Part shown: in pieces, positions 27,448-37,877 of the stretch
Position numbering within the stretch: position 1 is the first letter of the stretch
Layout: every line of letters begins with the position of its first letter
Source of the DNA: Spirochaetia bacterium
Lineage (GTDB): Bacteria; Spirochaetota; Spirochaetia; SZUA-6; Bin103
Length of the DNA stretch: 64,000 nucleotides
Direction of reading: 5' to 3'
Assembly: GCA_965208575.1 (NCBI GenBank)
Contig: CBDBOV010000002.1
Span: forward strand, 742,450 to 806,449
Program-made: the position numbers and the translations under genes
Notes under the pieces: generated by a model
Told to the model about the DNA's origin: nothing
Database searches by the model: none
The model's input: only the letters and a program-made list of their open reading frames with translations

Positions 27448-28275
27448 CTACCAGCGGATGACGCGTTGCTCGCGCGCGCGGAACACCGCCTCGCCGCGGA
27501 ACCCGATCGCCGCGAGCCGGGCGGCCACCTTCGGGAAGCCGTGGCCGATGTCGACGCTGCGGTGGGCGTCGCTGCCGATGCTCACCAGCTCGCCGCCGAG
27601 TTCCCGGTAGCGCTCCAGGATCTCCCACGTGGGGTAAGCCTCCGCCTCGTCCCGCCGCAGCCCGGCGGTGTTGATCTCCGGGATCACGCCGGCCGCGATG
27701 AACGCCTGCAGGATCGGATCCAGCTCATCCTCCGTCATCGCAGCCAACGGCGTGTCCCAGTAATCGACCAGGTAGCGCTTCACGTAGTCGAGGTGGCTGA
27801 CGATGTCGAACGGACGGCTGCCGCCGGCCGCCAGCTCCCGGCACAGGTCGGCCGCGCCGCGCAGTTCGGCCAGGTAGTCGCGCCGCATGTCGGCGGCGGT
27901 GAGCCCCTGCCAGCGCCGCGGGAGGTGCAGCGGCCGCCCGCCGCACCAGTGCACGCTGAGCAGCACCACGTCGAACGCGTGCCGGTCCAGGTAGCCGATG
28001 ATCTCCTCCATCTGCGCCGCCTGGTAGTCCACCTCGATGCCGAAGCCGATCTCCAGCGCGGGCGCGAAACGGCGGCGCAGGTCCTCGATGGTGGCGGCGA
28101 TGGCGTCGTACTCCCATTGGCACGTGCCGCGCTCGGTGGGGTGCATGTCGTAGTGCTCGGTGAACGTGAGGCCGCCGAGGCCGGCGGCCAACGCTTGCTC
28201 GCAATTGGCCACCGGATCTGCCTTGGAGTCGATCGAGTGGCGGGAGTGCAGGTGCTGGTCGTGGAGCTTCACCAT
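27448..28275 (-). CDS. PHP-family histidinol-phosphatase (HisJ/HisK-like)
   Basis: DQHLHSRHS.D, FTEH, LSVH, SHLD, EINT.G, IGSDAH. Confidence 0.88.
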   Translation of the reverse strand: MVKLHDQHLHSRHSIDSKADPVANCEQALAAGLGGLTFTEHYDMHPTERGTCQWEYDAIAATIEDLRRRFAPALEIGFGIEVDYQAAQMEEIIGYLDRHAFDVVLLSVHWCGGRPLHLPRRWQGLTAADMRRDYLAELRGAADLCRELAAGGSRPFDIVSHLDYVKRYLVDYWDTPLAAMTEDELDPILQAFIAAGVIPEINTAGLRRDEAEAYPTWEILERYRELGGELVSIGSDAHRSVDIGHGFPKVAARLAAIGFRGEAVFRAREQRVIRW

Positions 28276-28312
28276 CGTTATCCGGGGGCTTATATTACTC
28301 CGAGCACTACAG

Positions 28313-30586
28313 GTGGAGCACTATAGCCTAATCTGCAACATCAACGAGTTGAGCGCGCTGTTTCACGAGGCGATGGATCTGCGCACGTTCCTGGACCGGA
28401 CCGCGCGCATGGTCGCCGAGCACATGCGCGCCGACGTGTGTTCCATCTACCTGTACAACCCGGCCGACCGCGAACTCACCATGACCGCTACCCACGGCCT
28501 CAACCGTGACCTGCTCGGTTCCGTGCGGCTGAAATACGGCGAGGGACTTACCGGCACCGCGCTCAAGGAGCTGCGCCACATCGAGGAGCCGGTGGCCAGC
28601 GCGAGCCCGTTCTATCGGCACGTTCCGGGACTCAGGGAAGAGGAGTTCGAGTCGTTCCTGGCGGTGCCGCTGACGCGCGGCATCACCCGCATCGGCGTGC
28701 TGGTGGTGCAGCGCCGCAAGAACCGCCGCTTCAACCGCATGGACGTGCAGGGGTTGCGCGCGGTCGGTGCGCAGCTCACCAGCACCATCGAGAACGCCCG
28801 CCTGCTGCTCGGTACCAGCGCGCTGCCGAGCGAGGGCGAAGAGTCCCTCCCCGGCGACGCCGAGGCCACGTTCGAGGGCCAGGGGGCGTCCGACGGGCTG
28901 GCGCGCGGGCCGAGCCTCATCCTAGACCGCGAGAGCCAGTACGACTCGCTCGCCACGGCCGACTACCCGTCCGGGCTTACACTGGAAGATTTCCGCGCGG
29001 CCGTGAGCGCCACCGAGCAGCAGTTGGAGGATATGCAGGCGCAGGTCGGCGAACGGCTGTCCGACGTGGCGTCGCTGATCTTCTCCTCCCACCTGCTGAT
29101 CCTGAAGGATCCCGGATTCACCGCCGGCGTCGAGTCCATGATCGACCAGGGCATGACGGTTCCGCGCGCCGTGCTGCAGGTGGCGGACGGCTACCTGCGC
29201 CGATTTCAGGCCAGTCCCGTGGGTTTCGTGCGCGAGAAGGCCAACGACGTGCGCGACGTGGTCACCCGCCTGTTGCTCAACCTCACCGGATCCGAGGCCG
29301 AATCGCTCGGGTGCCGCGGGCGTATCGTGGTGGCACGCGAATTCTTTCCTTCGCAACTGCTGCGTTTGTCGTCGGAGCAGGTGGCGGGGGTGATCCTGGT
29401 GACCGGCGGCGTCACCTCGCACGTCGCCATCCTGGCCCGTTCGCTGATGGTGCCGCTGGTGATCGTCAACGACCCGCGTCTGCTGGCGCTGCCGATGCGT
29501 ACCGACATCCTGCTCGACGCCGACCATGGCCGCGTCTACGTGCGCCCTACCCAGGCGGTGGTCGGCCACTACCGTACCCGGCTCGCGGCGCAGGCCGCCC
29601 GCGCCGAGGACCCCAGCGCCATCGCGCCGCGCACCTGCACCAGCGACGGCACCGTCATCCAGTTGATGGCCAACGTCAACCTGATGAGCGACGCCGACCT
29701 GGCGCGCCGGCTCGGCGCGGAGGGCATCGGCCTGTACCGCACCGAGTTTCCGTTCATGGTGCGCCGCGAGCTGCCTACCGAGGAGGAGCAGTTCGAGCTG
29801 TACCGCGACCTGGTGACCCGTTTCCCGCACCGCGAGATCCACTTCCGCACCCTCGATGTCGGCGGCGACAAGGTGCTGTCCTACTTCCCCGACATGCGCG
29901 AGCAGAACCCGTTCCTCGGCGTGCGCTCGATCCGCTTCACGCTGCGCAACCGCGACATCTTCATCCAGCAGATCCGCGCCATGCTGCGCGCCAACGCCGG
30001 CCGCAAGCTGCACGTGATGTTTCCGATGATCTCGTCGATCGAGGAGCTGCGCGCCGGGCGCGGGATGGTGGAGCAGTGCATCTCGGAGTTGCACGCGGAG
30101 GACCTCGAGTTCAGCAACGAGGTGGCGGTGGGCGCGATGGTGGAGGTGCCGTCCATGGTGCCGCTGATCGACCAGTTCGCCCGCGAGGCGGATTTCCTGG
30201 CCATCGGCACCAACGACCTGATCCAATACCTGCTCGCCGTGGACCGCACCAACGAGAAGGTGGCCCACCTCTACCTGCCTCACCACCCGGCCGTGCTGCG
30301 CACCCTGCACTCGGTGGCCAGCGCCTGCAGCGAGCGCGGCGTACCGCTGTCGGTGTGCGGCGACATGGCCCACCAGGCGCAGTACCTGCCGTTCCTGATC
30401 GGCATCGGCGTGCGCCACCTCAGCGTGGAGCCGATCTACCTGCCCGCCGTGCAGAACACGGTCGCCCGCATCCACCTCGCGGATGCCCAGGCCCTGGCGG
30501 AGGAGATGCTGGCCGCCACCTCCATCGAGGAAGTAACCGCACTCCTCCCCGCACCCCAAGACGAACCGCAAGCGGCCCACGTATAA
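28313..30586 (+). CDS. ptsP: GAF-domain phosphoenolpyruvate-protein phosphotransferase (EI-Ntr)
   Basis: N-terminal GAF; TSHVAILAR phospho-His; GIGLYRTEF, RTLDVGGDK, EQNPFLG.R, MVEVP, IGTNDLIQY, VCGDMA. Confidence 0.92.
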   Translation: MEHYSLICNINELSALFHEAMDLRTFLDRTARMVAEHMRADVCSIYLYNPADRELTMTATHGLNRDLLGSVRLKYGEGLTGTALKELRHIEEPVASASPFYRHVPGLREEEFESFLAVPLTRGITRIGVLVVQRRKNRRFNRMDVQGLRAVGAQLTSTIENARLLLGTSALPSEGEESLPGDAEATFEGQGASDGLARGPSLILDRESQYDSLATADYPSGLTLEDFRAAVSATEQQLEDMQAQVGERLSDVASLIFSSHLLILKDPGFTAGVESMIDQGMTVPRAVLQVADGYLRRFQASPVGFVREKANDVRDVVTRLLLNLTGSEAESLGCRGRIVVAREFFPSQLLRLSSEQVAGVILVTGGVTSHVAILARSLMVPLVIVNDPRLLALPMRTDILLDADHGRVYVRPTQAVVGHYRTRLAAQAARAEDPSAIAPRTCTSDGTVIQLMANVNLMSDADLARRLGAEGIGLYRTEFPFMVRRELPTEEEQFELYRDLVTRFPHREIHFRTLDVGGDKVLSYFPDMREQNPFLGVRSIRFTLRNRDIFIQQIRAMLRANAGRKLHVMFPMISSIEELRAGRGMVEQCISELHAEDLEFSNEVAVGAMVEVPSMVPLIDQFAREADFLAIGTNDLIQYLLAVDRTNEKVAHLYLPHHPAVLRTLHSVASACSERGVPLSVCGDMAHQAQYLPFLIGIGVRHLSVEPIYLPAVQNTVARIHLADAQALAEEMLAATSIEEVTALLPAPQDEPQAAHV

Positions 30587-30687
30587 CCGGCGGGCGCCGG
30601 CGTGGTCGCGGGGCTAGCGCCGCGAAACCTTATCCATTCTTGACACACCACAGACGTGCAGCTACGCTCCCTTGATCTACAGAAAAA

Positions 30688-32066
30688 ATGAAAGACGCAA
30701 TCCTCGATTTGGTTCTAACGCGCTCCATCGGTCGGGATATCCTTCTCGGTTTGATGCCGATTGTCGTTATCGTTGCGCTCGGCGTGGGGGCAATAAACTA
30801 TTTCATTATGACGAATAGAGAAGTCCGTATTCTCCAGGAAGAGGCCGATCAAGTCGCCGATAGCCTGGCCAGGGAGGCAGCAAGGGCGTACTATTTTGAA
30901 AACAATAAGATGATGGAATCGGCCAGAAATGAGTACCAGAACGAGCTCAATGTTGTTTCCGTTTCCATTTTCGATGAACTCCAAAACATCTTGTATGAAG
31001 GTGCCGAAATCCAAGGACGTCACATTATCGCAAGAAACCGATAATGGCGTTCTACGATACCAGGATCGGTTCTGTCGAAGTAGCCTACTCGATGGACAGA
31101 ATTCTGAAGTGGCAAAATGAGTTCCTTTATTATGTCATCGCGGTGGCAAGCTGCCTGGTACTGGCGATCAGTATCGCATCGATCGTGTTGCTGGAAGTGT
31201 TTGTACGAAAGCCTCTATTGGCACTCATGGCTAGTGTCAGGGCTATTGCCGCCGGCTCGTATGAGCACAGGTTGCCTGCCATGAAAGACCGCTACATGAA
31301 TCTGATCGCACAAAGCGTGAACACCATGACTGACAAGATCGCGGCCAGAGAGCAGGATCTGAAGCGGCTCGTCGGCACGCTGGAAGAGCAAGCGGTGGAG
31401 CGCGAAGACGCCAAAGACAAGCTGCGCTCCCTGACCAACGAGTTGTTGTTTGCCGAAGAACGGGAGCGACGTCGAATCGCGTCTGAAATCCATGACCGCA
31501 TTGGACATACTCTGACCAGTGTCTCTCTCAAAATAGGCCTGCTCAGAGGGACTGCCGATAGTGATGAAGAAGACGTTGTCCTGAAGGACATTCGTCAAGC
31601 AATCGAGGAGTCTGTCAACGAGGTTCAATCAATGATCTTTGAAATCAGCCCGCCCGTCCTGTACGATTTGGGGGTAAGGGCGGCAATTGAATGGCTTGTT
31701 GAGCAAACGTCGAAGGAGCATGGATTCGAGATTGTACTTAAGGGGGATGATGCACTCGAGCCGATCAGCAACAATTTGCGAGTCCTTGTTTTCCGGGCGG
31801 CGCGCGAGCTGCTGTTCAACATTGTCAAGCATGCAGAGGCGAACCAGGTAGAAGTGTCCATTACCCGCAAGGCCGAGCACCTGGTGATCTCGGTTCAGGA
31901 CGATGGCGTGGGAATGCCGGCAGGCGTTACGAGCGCTCCGTCGGGAGCGGAGGGGTTCGGACTGTTTAGTATCAAGGAGCGGCTGAATCATTTTGGCGGC
32001 CACCTCGGAGTGCACTCGGAGCCTCACCGGGGCACCCGGGTTGTGATGGAATTACCCGTTGCTTAG
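30688..32066 (+). CDS. NarX/UhpB-type sensor histidine kinase, split by a frameshift near 31036
   Basis: Two TM segments, HAMP, EERERRRIASEIHDRIGH, ELLFNIVKHA, DDGVG, GFGL. One extra A in agAAAcc would fuse ORFs 30688-31044 and 31044-32066. Confidence 0.82.
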
Positions 32067-32093
32067 AGTCAATAACGGGTGGGGTGAGCCCTG

Positions 32094-32669
32094 GTGACCA
32101 GCATATTGCTCGTCGATGATCACAAAATAACGCGTGACGGTCTGGCCGCGTTGATCGAAAAGCAACCGGATATGAGGGTGGTCGGGGAGGCGGACAACGG
32201 CAGGGAGGCGGTCCGGGCCGTCCAGGATCTCGCTCCGGACGTGGTCATTATGGATATCAGCATGGCGGATCTGAACGGCATCGACGCCACGCGGCAGACC
32301 TTGGCGGCATCGCCGTCAACCCGCGTCATTGCGCTTTCCATGTATTCCGACAGGCGTTATGTGGAAGGTATGCTGAGCGCCGGCGTGTCCGGGTACCTGG
32401 TCAAATCGTGTGCGTTCGATGAGCTGGTGCAGGCGATTATCGCGGTAGTTGGTGGAACGGCCTATCTCAGTCCGAATATCGCTGGAATCGTGATTAAGGA
32501 CTACGCCCGAAGGTTAACGGGGGCCACGGTCGAGGCTGCATCATTGCCCGCCGATCAACTGAGTTCGAGAGAACGGGAAGTCCTGGACACGCTGGACGCG
32601 GTGCGGGAGCGTTATGCGAGTCTGCAACCGGCTTGGGAGGCGCCGCAAGAAGCCTTTCGGCCGGCATGA
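32094..32669 (+). pseudogene. NarL/LuxR response regulator truncated at the start of its HTH and fused to a foreign gene end
   Basis: Full REC domain (LVDDH, MDISM, YLVK), then LSSREREVL followed by unrelated DTLDAVRERY...; helix-turn-helix absent. Confidence 0.78.
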
Positions 32670-33676
32670 TTGACAACCGCAGGATCGTTTTTTCCGCGCC
32701 ACGCACGGTGGAGGTTCAGCAGGAAGAGGTCGGTTCCGGCGACCTTGGCGCCGACGAGCTGCTCGTCGAGTCGCTCTGCTCGGCGGTGAGCGCGGGTACC
32801 GAGCTCGCCTGCCTCGCGGGGCTGGAAGAGTGGTTCCCGTTTCCGGGGGTGCCGGGCTATGCGACGGTTGGCCGCATCGTGGCGTTGGGCAGCTCCGTGA
32901 CCGGCCTGCGCGAGGGCGAGGTGGTGCTGCACTACGGCGGTCACCAGTCCTGCAATCGCAGAACGTTGGGCGACTTCCTGCTGCCGGTACCGGCAGGAAT
33001 CGACGCCAAGGTCGCCGCCATGACCCGTCTTGCCACGGTTGCGTTTACCGGCATCAGGGTGTCCGACATCGAGGCGGGCGACTTTGTGGCGGTGGCCGGT
33101 CTCGGCGCGGTCGGCAACCTGGCCGCACAGCTCGCCCAGATTCAGGGGGGCCGCGTCATCGGGGTGGAGATGAGTGCCGGCCGCATCGACCTGGCCCGGC
33201 AATGCGGCCTGGAGCAGACCATCGACGCTTCTCGGGAGGACGCCGCGGAACGCATCAGGGAGCTGACCGGCGGCGAGGGCGCGGCAACCGTGATCGACAC
33301 CACGGGGGACGCGCGGGCGATCGTCGCCGAGATGGATTGGGTGGCCGAGAGGGGAGAATTGATTCTCCTGGGCACTCCTCGGGGAGAGGTCTGGGGCGAC
33401 CTCACGGAGTTGCTGAGAGGGGTACATCTGTGGCCGCGCGGCTGTGTCACGCTCAAGGGGGCGCACGAGTGGCGGTATCCCGCCATGCACGACTCCAACA
33501 CCAAGCACTCCCTGGAGCGCAACTCCCGCGTCGCGTGGTGGCTGCAACAAACCGGCAGGCTGCAGATGCACAAGTTGATCACCCAAGTGGTCAGACCCGA
33601 GGACGCCCCCGCCGTCTACCAAGCCCTTGCGACCCGCAAAGACGAGTACGTGGGCGTGGTCTTCGATTGGTCCTGA
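32666..33676 (+). CDS. Zinc-binding (MDR) alcohol dehydrogenase-like
   Basis: SAVSAGTE, PGYA.VG, VAGLGAVG, VIDTTG. Confidence 0.88.
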   Translation: MIDNRRIVFSAPRTVEVQQEEVGSGDLGADELLVESLCSAVSAGTELACLAGLEEWFPFPGVPGYATVGRIVALGSSVTGLREGEVVLHYGGHQSCNRRTLGDFLLPVPAGIDAKVAAMTRLATVAFTGIRVSDIEAGDFVAVAGLGAVGNLAAQLAQIQGGRVIGVEMSAGRIDLARQCGLEQTIDASREDAAERIRELTGGEGAATVIDTTGDARAIVAEMDWVAERGELILLGTPRGEVWGDLTELLRGVHLWPRGCVTLKGAHEWRYPAMHDSNTKHSLERNSRVAWWLQQTGRLQMHKLITQVVRPEDAPAVYQALATRKDEYVGVVFDWS

Positions 33677-33809
33677 GTACTGTTCGCGGCCGGCCGCGTC
33701 ACGCGACCCGCGTTCGGCGACAGCGAGCAGTCCGCGGTTGGCCGACGGAGGTCGGTCCGCGCCTCGCCACGGGCCGACTTCCTCGCCGGCACGTGCACAA
33801 GGAATTGCT

Positions 33810-33843
33810 TGACCAGATAGACCTGAATCGGTCAGATTGGTCA
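33810..33843. promoter_or_regulatory. Imperfect inverted repeat, probable Phd-VapC operator
   Basis: tgaccagatagacc-N6-ggtcagattggtca, about 20 bp upstream of the antitoxin start. Confidence 0.5.
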
Positions 33844-33862
33844 GAGTTGATGGGGGTGCCGC

Positions 33863-34105
33863 ATGGTCGTAAACGTGTCCGAAGCCAAGGCGCAGCTTTC
33901 GAGCTTGCTCGACAGGGTGTATCAAGGCGAGACCGTGACCATCGCCAAGAACAACCTGCCGATTGCCGATCTCGTCAAACACCAGCCGCGCGGCAAACGC
34001 CGGCTCGGGCTGCTGCGCGGCCGGGTAGTCGTTCCTGACGACTTCACCGACCAGGATCCCGCGATCAACGACCTGTTCTACCCGACCGGCGACCGAAGCG
34101 AGTGA
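33863..34105 (+). CDS. Phd/YefM-family antitoxin
   Basis: VNVSEAKAQLSSLLDRV..GETVTIAK...PIA.L...RRLG.L.G. Confidence 0.9.
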   Translation: MVVNVSEAKAQLSSLLDRVYQGETVTIAKNNLPIADLVKHQPRGKRRLGLLRGRVVVPDDFTDQDPAINDLFYPTGDRSE

Positions 34106-34473
34106 AGCTGCTCCTCGATACGCACATTCTGCTCCATGCGCTCACCGAGCCGGAGCGGCTCTCGCGCAAGCGCCGCGAGTCGATCGAGAACCCCGCCAAC
34201 GCTGTTTTCGTCAGCGCAGTTTCGATTGCCGAGGTCGCCATTAAGATTTCGATCGGCAAGTTGAGCGTCGACGTGGACCTGCTTCCCGCAGTCGAGGAAG
34301 CAGGCTTCGAGTGGCTCGACTTCAGCCCGCGGGAGGCGCATCAGTTGGCTGAACTGCCGCTCCACCATCGAGATCCGTTCGATCGCATGTTGATCGTGCA
34401 GAGCCAGGTCAACGATCTCACGCTGGTGACCGACGACTCCCTGATCGCGGACTACGACTGCCGCATCCTGTAG
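34102..34473 (+). CDS. vapC: VapC PIN-domain toxin
   Basis: LLLDTH, SAVSIAE, LPLHHRDPFDRMLIVQ, LVTDD. Confidence 0.92.
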   Translation: MKLLLDTHILLHALTEPERLSRKRRESIENPANAVFVSAVSIAEVAIKISIGKLSVDVDLLPAVEEAGFEWLDFSPREAHQLAELPLHHRDPFDRMLIVQSQVNDLTLVTDDSLIADYDCRIL

Positions 34474-34563
34474 CTGGAAATGGCGCCGCGGCTGGCGCGG
34501 TGGCCCGGCTCTTGACCGAGATGTCGTTTGGCGTATAATCGATGACGAGGAAGCGGGATTTAC

Positions 34564-35814
34564 GTGAAAAACAGGGCATCTCTTGCCTATCTGCAGCAGA
34601 AGGTGACGTCGCGACTCGGTCGCATCATGGTGCTCACGGGCGCGCGGCAAACCGGCAAGACCACGCTGGTGCAATCGGGAGTCACCGGCTACGAGTTCTT
34701 GTCGTTGGAGGATCCGGTCACCCGGCCCGACTTTCTGGCGCTGTCCGCGGCGCAGTGGCGGCAGCAGTACCCGATGGCCATTCTGGATGAGATTCAGAAG
34801 GCCCCGCGTCTGCTGGAGTCGATCAAGGCTACCTACGACCGCTACCCCGAGACGCGCTATATCCTGTTGGGATCGAGCCAGATCCTGCTGTTGGAGAGGG
34901 TCCGCGAGAGCCTGGCCGGCCGCGCCTCCCTGCTTGAGCTGTACCCCCTGACGTTTCCCGAGCTGCTCACCGACTCGTGGGACGACCCGGTTCGGGAGTC
35001 GCCCCTGATCCGGTGGCTGAAGAGCGGTGCGGCGTCGGATTTCTGGCGCGGTGTGCCGCGCGCGGAGACTCGCTACGCCCGGGTACGCCGGCTGTTGGAG
35101 TCCTACTTGCAGTTCGGCTCCCTGCCGGCGCTGACCCACGAGTCCCTGGACGCGGAGGAAAAGTACGATTGGCTGTCCGCCTACGTGCGCACCTATCTCC
35201 AGCGCGACCTCCGCGACCTGGCCAACCTGCGCGAGTTGGAGCCGTTCGTGCGCGCCCAGAGAACCCTCGCGGCGATGACCGGCGGCATCCTCAACCTGGC
35301 CCACCTGGCCAACCACGCGGGCATCACGGCGCAGACCGCGAAGCGCTTCGTCACCTACCTGGAGATCAGCTACCAGATCATCCTGCTGCAACCCTGGTTC
35401 CGCAACCTCGGCAAGCGGCTGTCCAGATCGCCCAAGGTCCATTTCATCGACCCCGGCGTGCAGCGCGCCCTCCTGGGGAGGCGCGGCGTACCAACCGGAA
35501 ACGAATTCGAGAGCGCGGTGATCTCCGAAATCTACAAGCAGATCAGAAACTGCCGCCTGCCCGTCGCCTTCCATCACCTGCGCACTTCCGACGGACGCGA
35601 GATCGATCTCCTGTTGGAGTTGGAAAACGGCTACGTTGCCCTCGAAATCAAGCTCACCGAACGGGTCTCGCCGCGCGATGCCCGCCACCTTCGCCGCCTC
35701 GAAGGAGTGTTGGACAAGCCGGTTCTGCACGCGCTGGTGCTGTCCAACGATGCACAGATCCAGCGGCTGGCCGACGGCATCACGGCGGTGCCCGTGGCGT
35801 GGTCGCTGGGCTAA
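34564..35814 (+). CDS. AAA+ ATPase (AAA_14 + DUF4143)
   Basis: GARQTGKTT, ILDEIQ, ESLAGR, YLQRDLRDL, SPKVHFIDPG, EIDLLLE..ALEIK. Confidence 0.9.
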   Translation: MKNRASLAYLQQKVTSRLGRIMVLTGARQTGKTTLVQSGVTGYEFLSLEDPVTRPDFLALSAAQWRQQYPMAILDEIQKAPRLLESIKATYDRYPETRYILLGSSQILLLERVRESLAGRASLLELYPLTFPELLTDSWDDPVRESPLIRWLKSGAASDFWRGVPRAETRYARVRRLLESYLQFGSLPALTHESLDAEEKYDWLSAYVRTYLQRDLRDLANLRELEPFVRAQRTLAAMTGGILNLAHLANHAGITAQTAKRFVTYLEISYQIILLQPWFRNLGKRLSRSPKVHFIDPGVQRALLGRRGVPTGNEFESAVISEIYKQIRNCRLPVAFHHLRTSDGREIDLLLELENGYVALEIKLTERVSPRDARHLRRLEGVLDKPVLHALVLSNDAQIQRLADGITAVPVAWSLG

Positions 35815-35861
35815 TGACAAGGCCGCCCTCACCGAACAAGTCGCCGCGATCGGTCCAAAAC

Positions 35862-36782
35862 CTATCTTCTTTTCACTCCTCCGTAACGTCCTGCACTACC
35901 CATCAATCTGGGGTCAAGCAGATCCCGGAGCGTGTCACCAAACATGTTGGCGCAGTAAACCACACCGGTCAGGCAAAGACCCGGCCAGATTGCCAGGGCC
36001 GGCGCCAACTCCATGTATTTGCGGCCATCCCAACTGAGCATTCCTCCCCAGCTCGCGACATCGGGAGGCAGGCCGTATCCCAGGAAGCTGAGCCAGGCCT
36101 CGGCCATGATGACGGCGCCGATGGTTGTAGTGAAAATGATTATGGTCGGAGCCATTATATTTGGAATTACGTGCCGCACGATTGTCCTGTATGTGGGGCT
36201 GCCGATGGATTTAGCCGCCGCCATATAATCGTTCTCCTTGATTCCGATCACGGCACTTCTGATCACTCGACAGTTTTGAATACCGTAATAGAACCCCAGT
36301 ATCAAGATTATCTGCAGTGCACCCGTGCCAACCAGGGACATCACGGTAATCAGCAAGAGCAAACCCGGAAACGCCATGAGGGCATCGACTACTCTCTGCA
36401 CTATAACGTCAAACTTGCCACCAAAGAATCCTGATGGAACGCCGATAAGGGCCGCAATGAGAACACAGATGGTGGTTGCCGACAGGCTCACGATTACGGA
36501 AATACGTGCACCATACAAGAGGCGGCTCAGGACATCTCTGCCAAGTTGGTCGGTGCCGAGCCAGAATTGCGCCGACGGCGTCTCCAGACGGTTGTCCAAG
36601 TGCAGATCGTTCATACCATACGGCGCCATACGATCCGCAAAGATGCCGGTGAACAGCATGAAGATCAGCACCGCACCAAAGACCAGACCGGCCGGCTTCT
36701 TTTTGGCCATTCTGACCACAAAACCAACGAAGCGTGGCCGCCCTCGTTCCTTTGCGGTAGGTGTATCAATCGAACCGTTCAC
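35862..36782 (-). CDS. Opp/Dpp-type ABC permease (OppC-like)
   Basis: WLGTDQLGRDVLSRLLYGARIS, AAKSIG, HVIPN, EAWLSFLG. Confidence 0.92.
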   Translation of the reverse strand: MNGSIDTPTAKERGRPRFVGFVVRMAKKKPAGLVFGAVLIFMLFTGIFADRMAPYGMNDLHLDNRLETPSAQFWLGTDQLGRDVLSRLLYGARISVIVSLSATTICVLIAALIGVPSGFFGGKFDVIVQRVVDALMAFPGLLLLITVMSLVGTGALQIILILGFYYGIQNCRVIRSAVIGIKENDYMAAAKSIGSPTYRTIVRHVIPNIMAPTIIIFTTTIGAVIMAEAWLSFLGYGLPPDVASWGGMLSWDGRKYMELAPALAIWPGLCLTGVVYCANMFGDTLRDLLDPRLMGSAGRYGGVKRR

Positions 36783-36795
36783 CGGTCAACGCCCC

Positions 36796-37755
36796 TCATC
36801 GGTAGTGTATTCGCGGATCGATCCAGGCGTAGGTAAGGTCGACAAGAACATTCATCAGCACAACTACCGTGGCGACAATGAGGTTGATTCCCGATACAAC
36901 CGGGTAATCTCTCCGTCCAATTGCATCCATCATCAGACGGCCAATCCCTGGCAGTTGGAAGAGCTCCTCAATGATCAGCGAGCCTCCGACAATCAAGGGA
37001 AACTGGATGCCAATCAGGGTGACCACAGGTATCAGGGCGTTCTTCAGGGCATGTCTGATTACCACGCGCCTCTCCCTGATCCCTTTTGACCAGGCCGTTC
37101 TAATATAGTCCTGGCGCAGCACTTCCAACATCATCGTCCGCGTCATGCGCATGGTGACTCCGGACAGGGCCATGCCCAATATGGCTGCCGGAAGCAGGAA
37201 CATGCCCAGGTTGCCGAGGGGGTCCTCGAAAAACGGAATCAGCTCTGTTGACGGTGACCAGCCCCACAAGATCGAGGGGTAAAGTATGACTATGGTTGCA
37301 GTCCAGAAGGTGGGAACGGACACAAAGATGATCGACACACTGCGGGCCACGTAGTCACCAACCGTATCCTGGCGCAGAGCGGAGTAGACGCCAATCGGCA
37401 CGGCCGCCAGTGCGGCTATTATGTTGGCAAGAATAGCGAGTTCAAGAGTGGTCGGCAGCCTGCTCATTATCGTCTCGGCTACCGGCCGTGTGCCGATCAG
37501 TGGATCACCCAGGCTGCCGCGTAGCAAAATATCTCCAATCCAGCGTACGTACTGGATATGGATGGGTGCATCGAGCCCGAGTGTCGCCTCGATAGCTTCG
37601 CGTTGTGAGTCGCGGTCCCCTATGTGTTTCATCTGACTAAGGATGACGTCGATGACGTCACCTGGAATAAGCCGGATAGTCAGAAAGACGATAATGGACA
37701 CCAACAGCAGCGTCGGTATCGTAAGAAGTACTCTCCTTACGAAATAGCTAAACAC
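36796..37755 (-). CDS. Opp/Dpp-type ABC permease (OppB-like)
   Basis: LIPGD, LGLDAPIHIQY, DYIRTAWSKG, HALKNAL, RDYPVV, IDPRI. Confidence 0.92.
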   Translation of the reverse strand: MFSYFVRRVLLTIPTLLLVSIIVFLTIRLIPGDVIDVILSQMKHIGDRDSQREAIEATLGLDAPIHIQYVRWIGDILLRGSLGDPLIGTRPVAETIMSRLPTTLELAILANIIAALAAVPIGVYSALRQDTVGDYVARSVSIIFVSVPTFWTATIVILYPSILWGWSPSTELIPFFEDPLGNLGMFLLPAAILGMALSGVTMRMTRTMMLEVLRQDYIRTAWSKGIRERRVVIRHALKNALIPVVTLIGIQFPLIVGGSLIIEELFQLPGIGRLMMDAIGRRDYPVVSGINLIVATVVVLMNVLVDLTYAWIDPRIHYR

Positions 37756-37814
37756 GTGTCACCGACCGGAAAAAATCTCGCTATGTAGGGTTCAGTTCCT
37801 GGGCAAGGGTTGGG

Positions 37815-37842
37815 GGGAGGCAGGAACCAAGCCCTGCCTCCC
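37815..37842. terminator. Stem-loop between binding-protein and permease genes
   Basis: gggaggcagg-N8-cctgcctccc, 10-bp perfect stem. Confidence 0.55.
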
Positions 37843-37877
37843 TCCGTTGCCTGCAGACAACACGAAAAGCGAGACCC

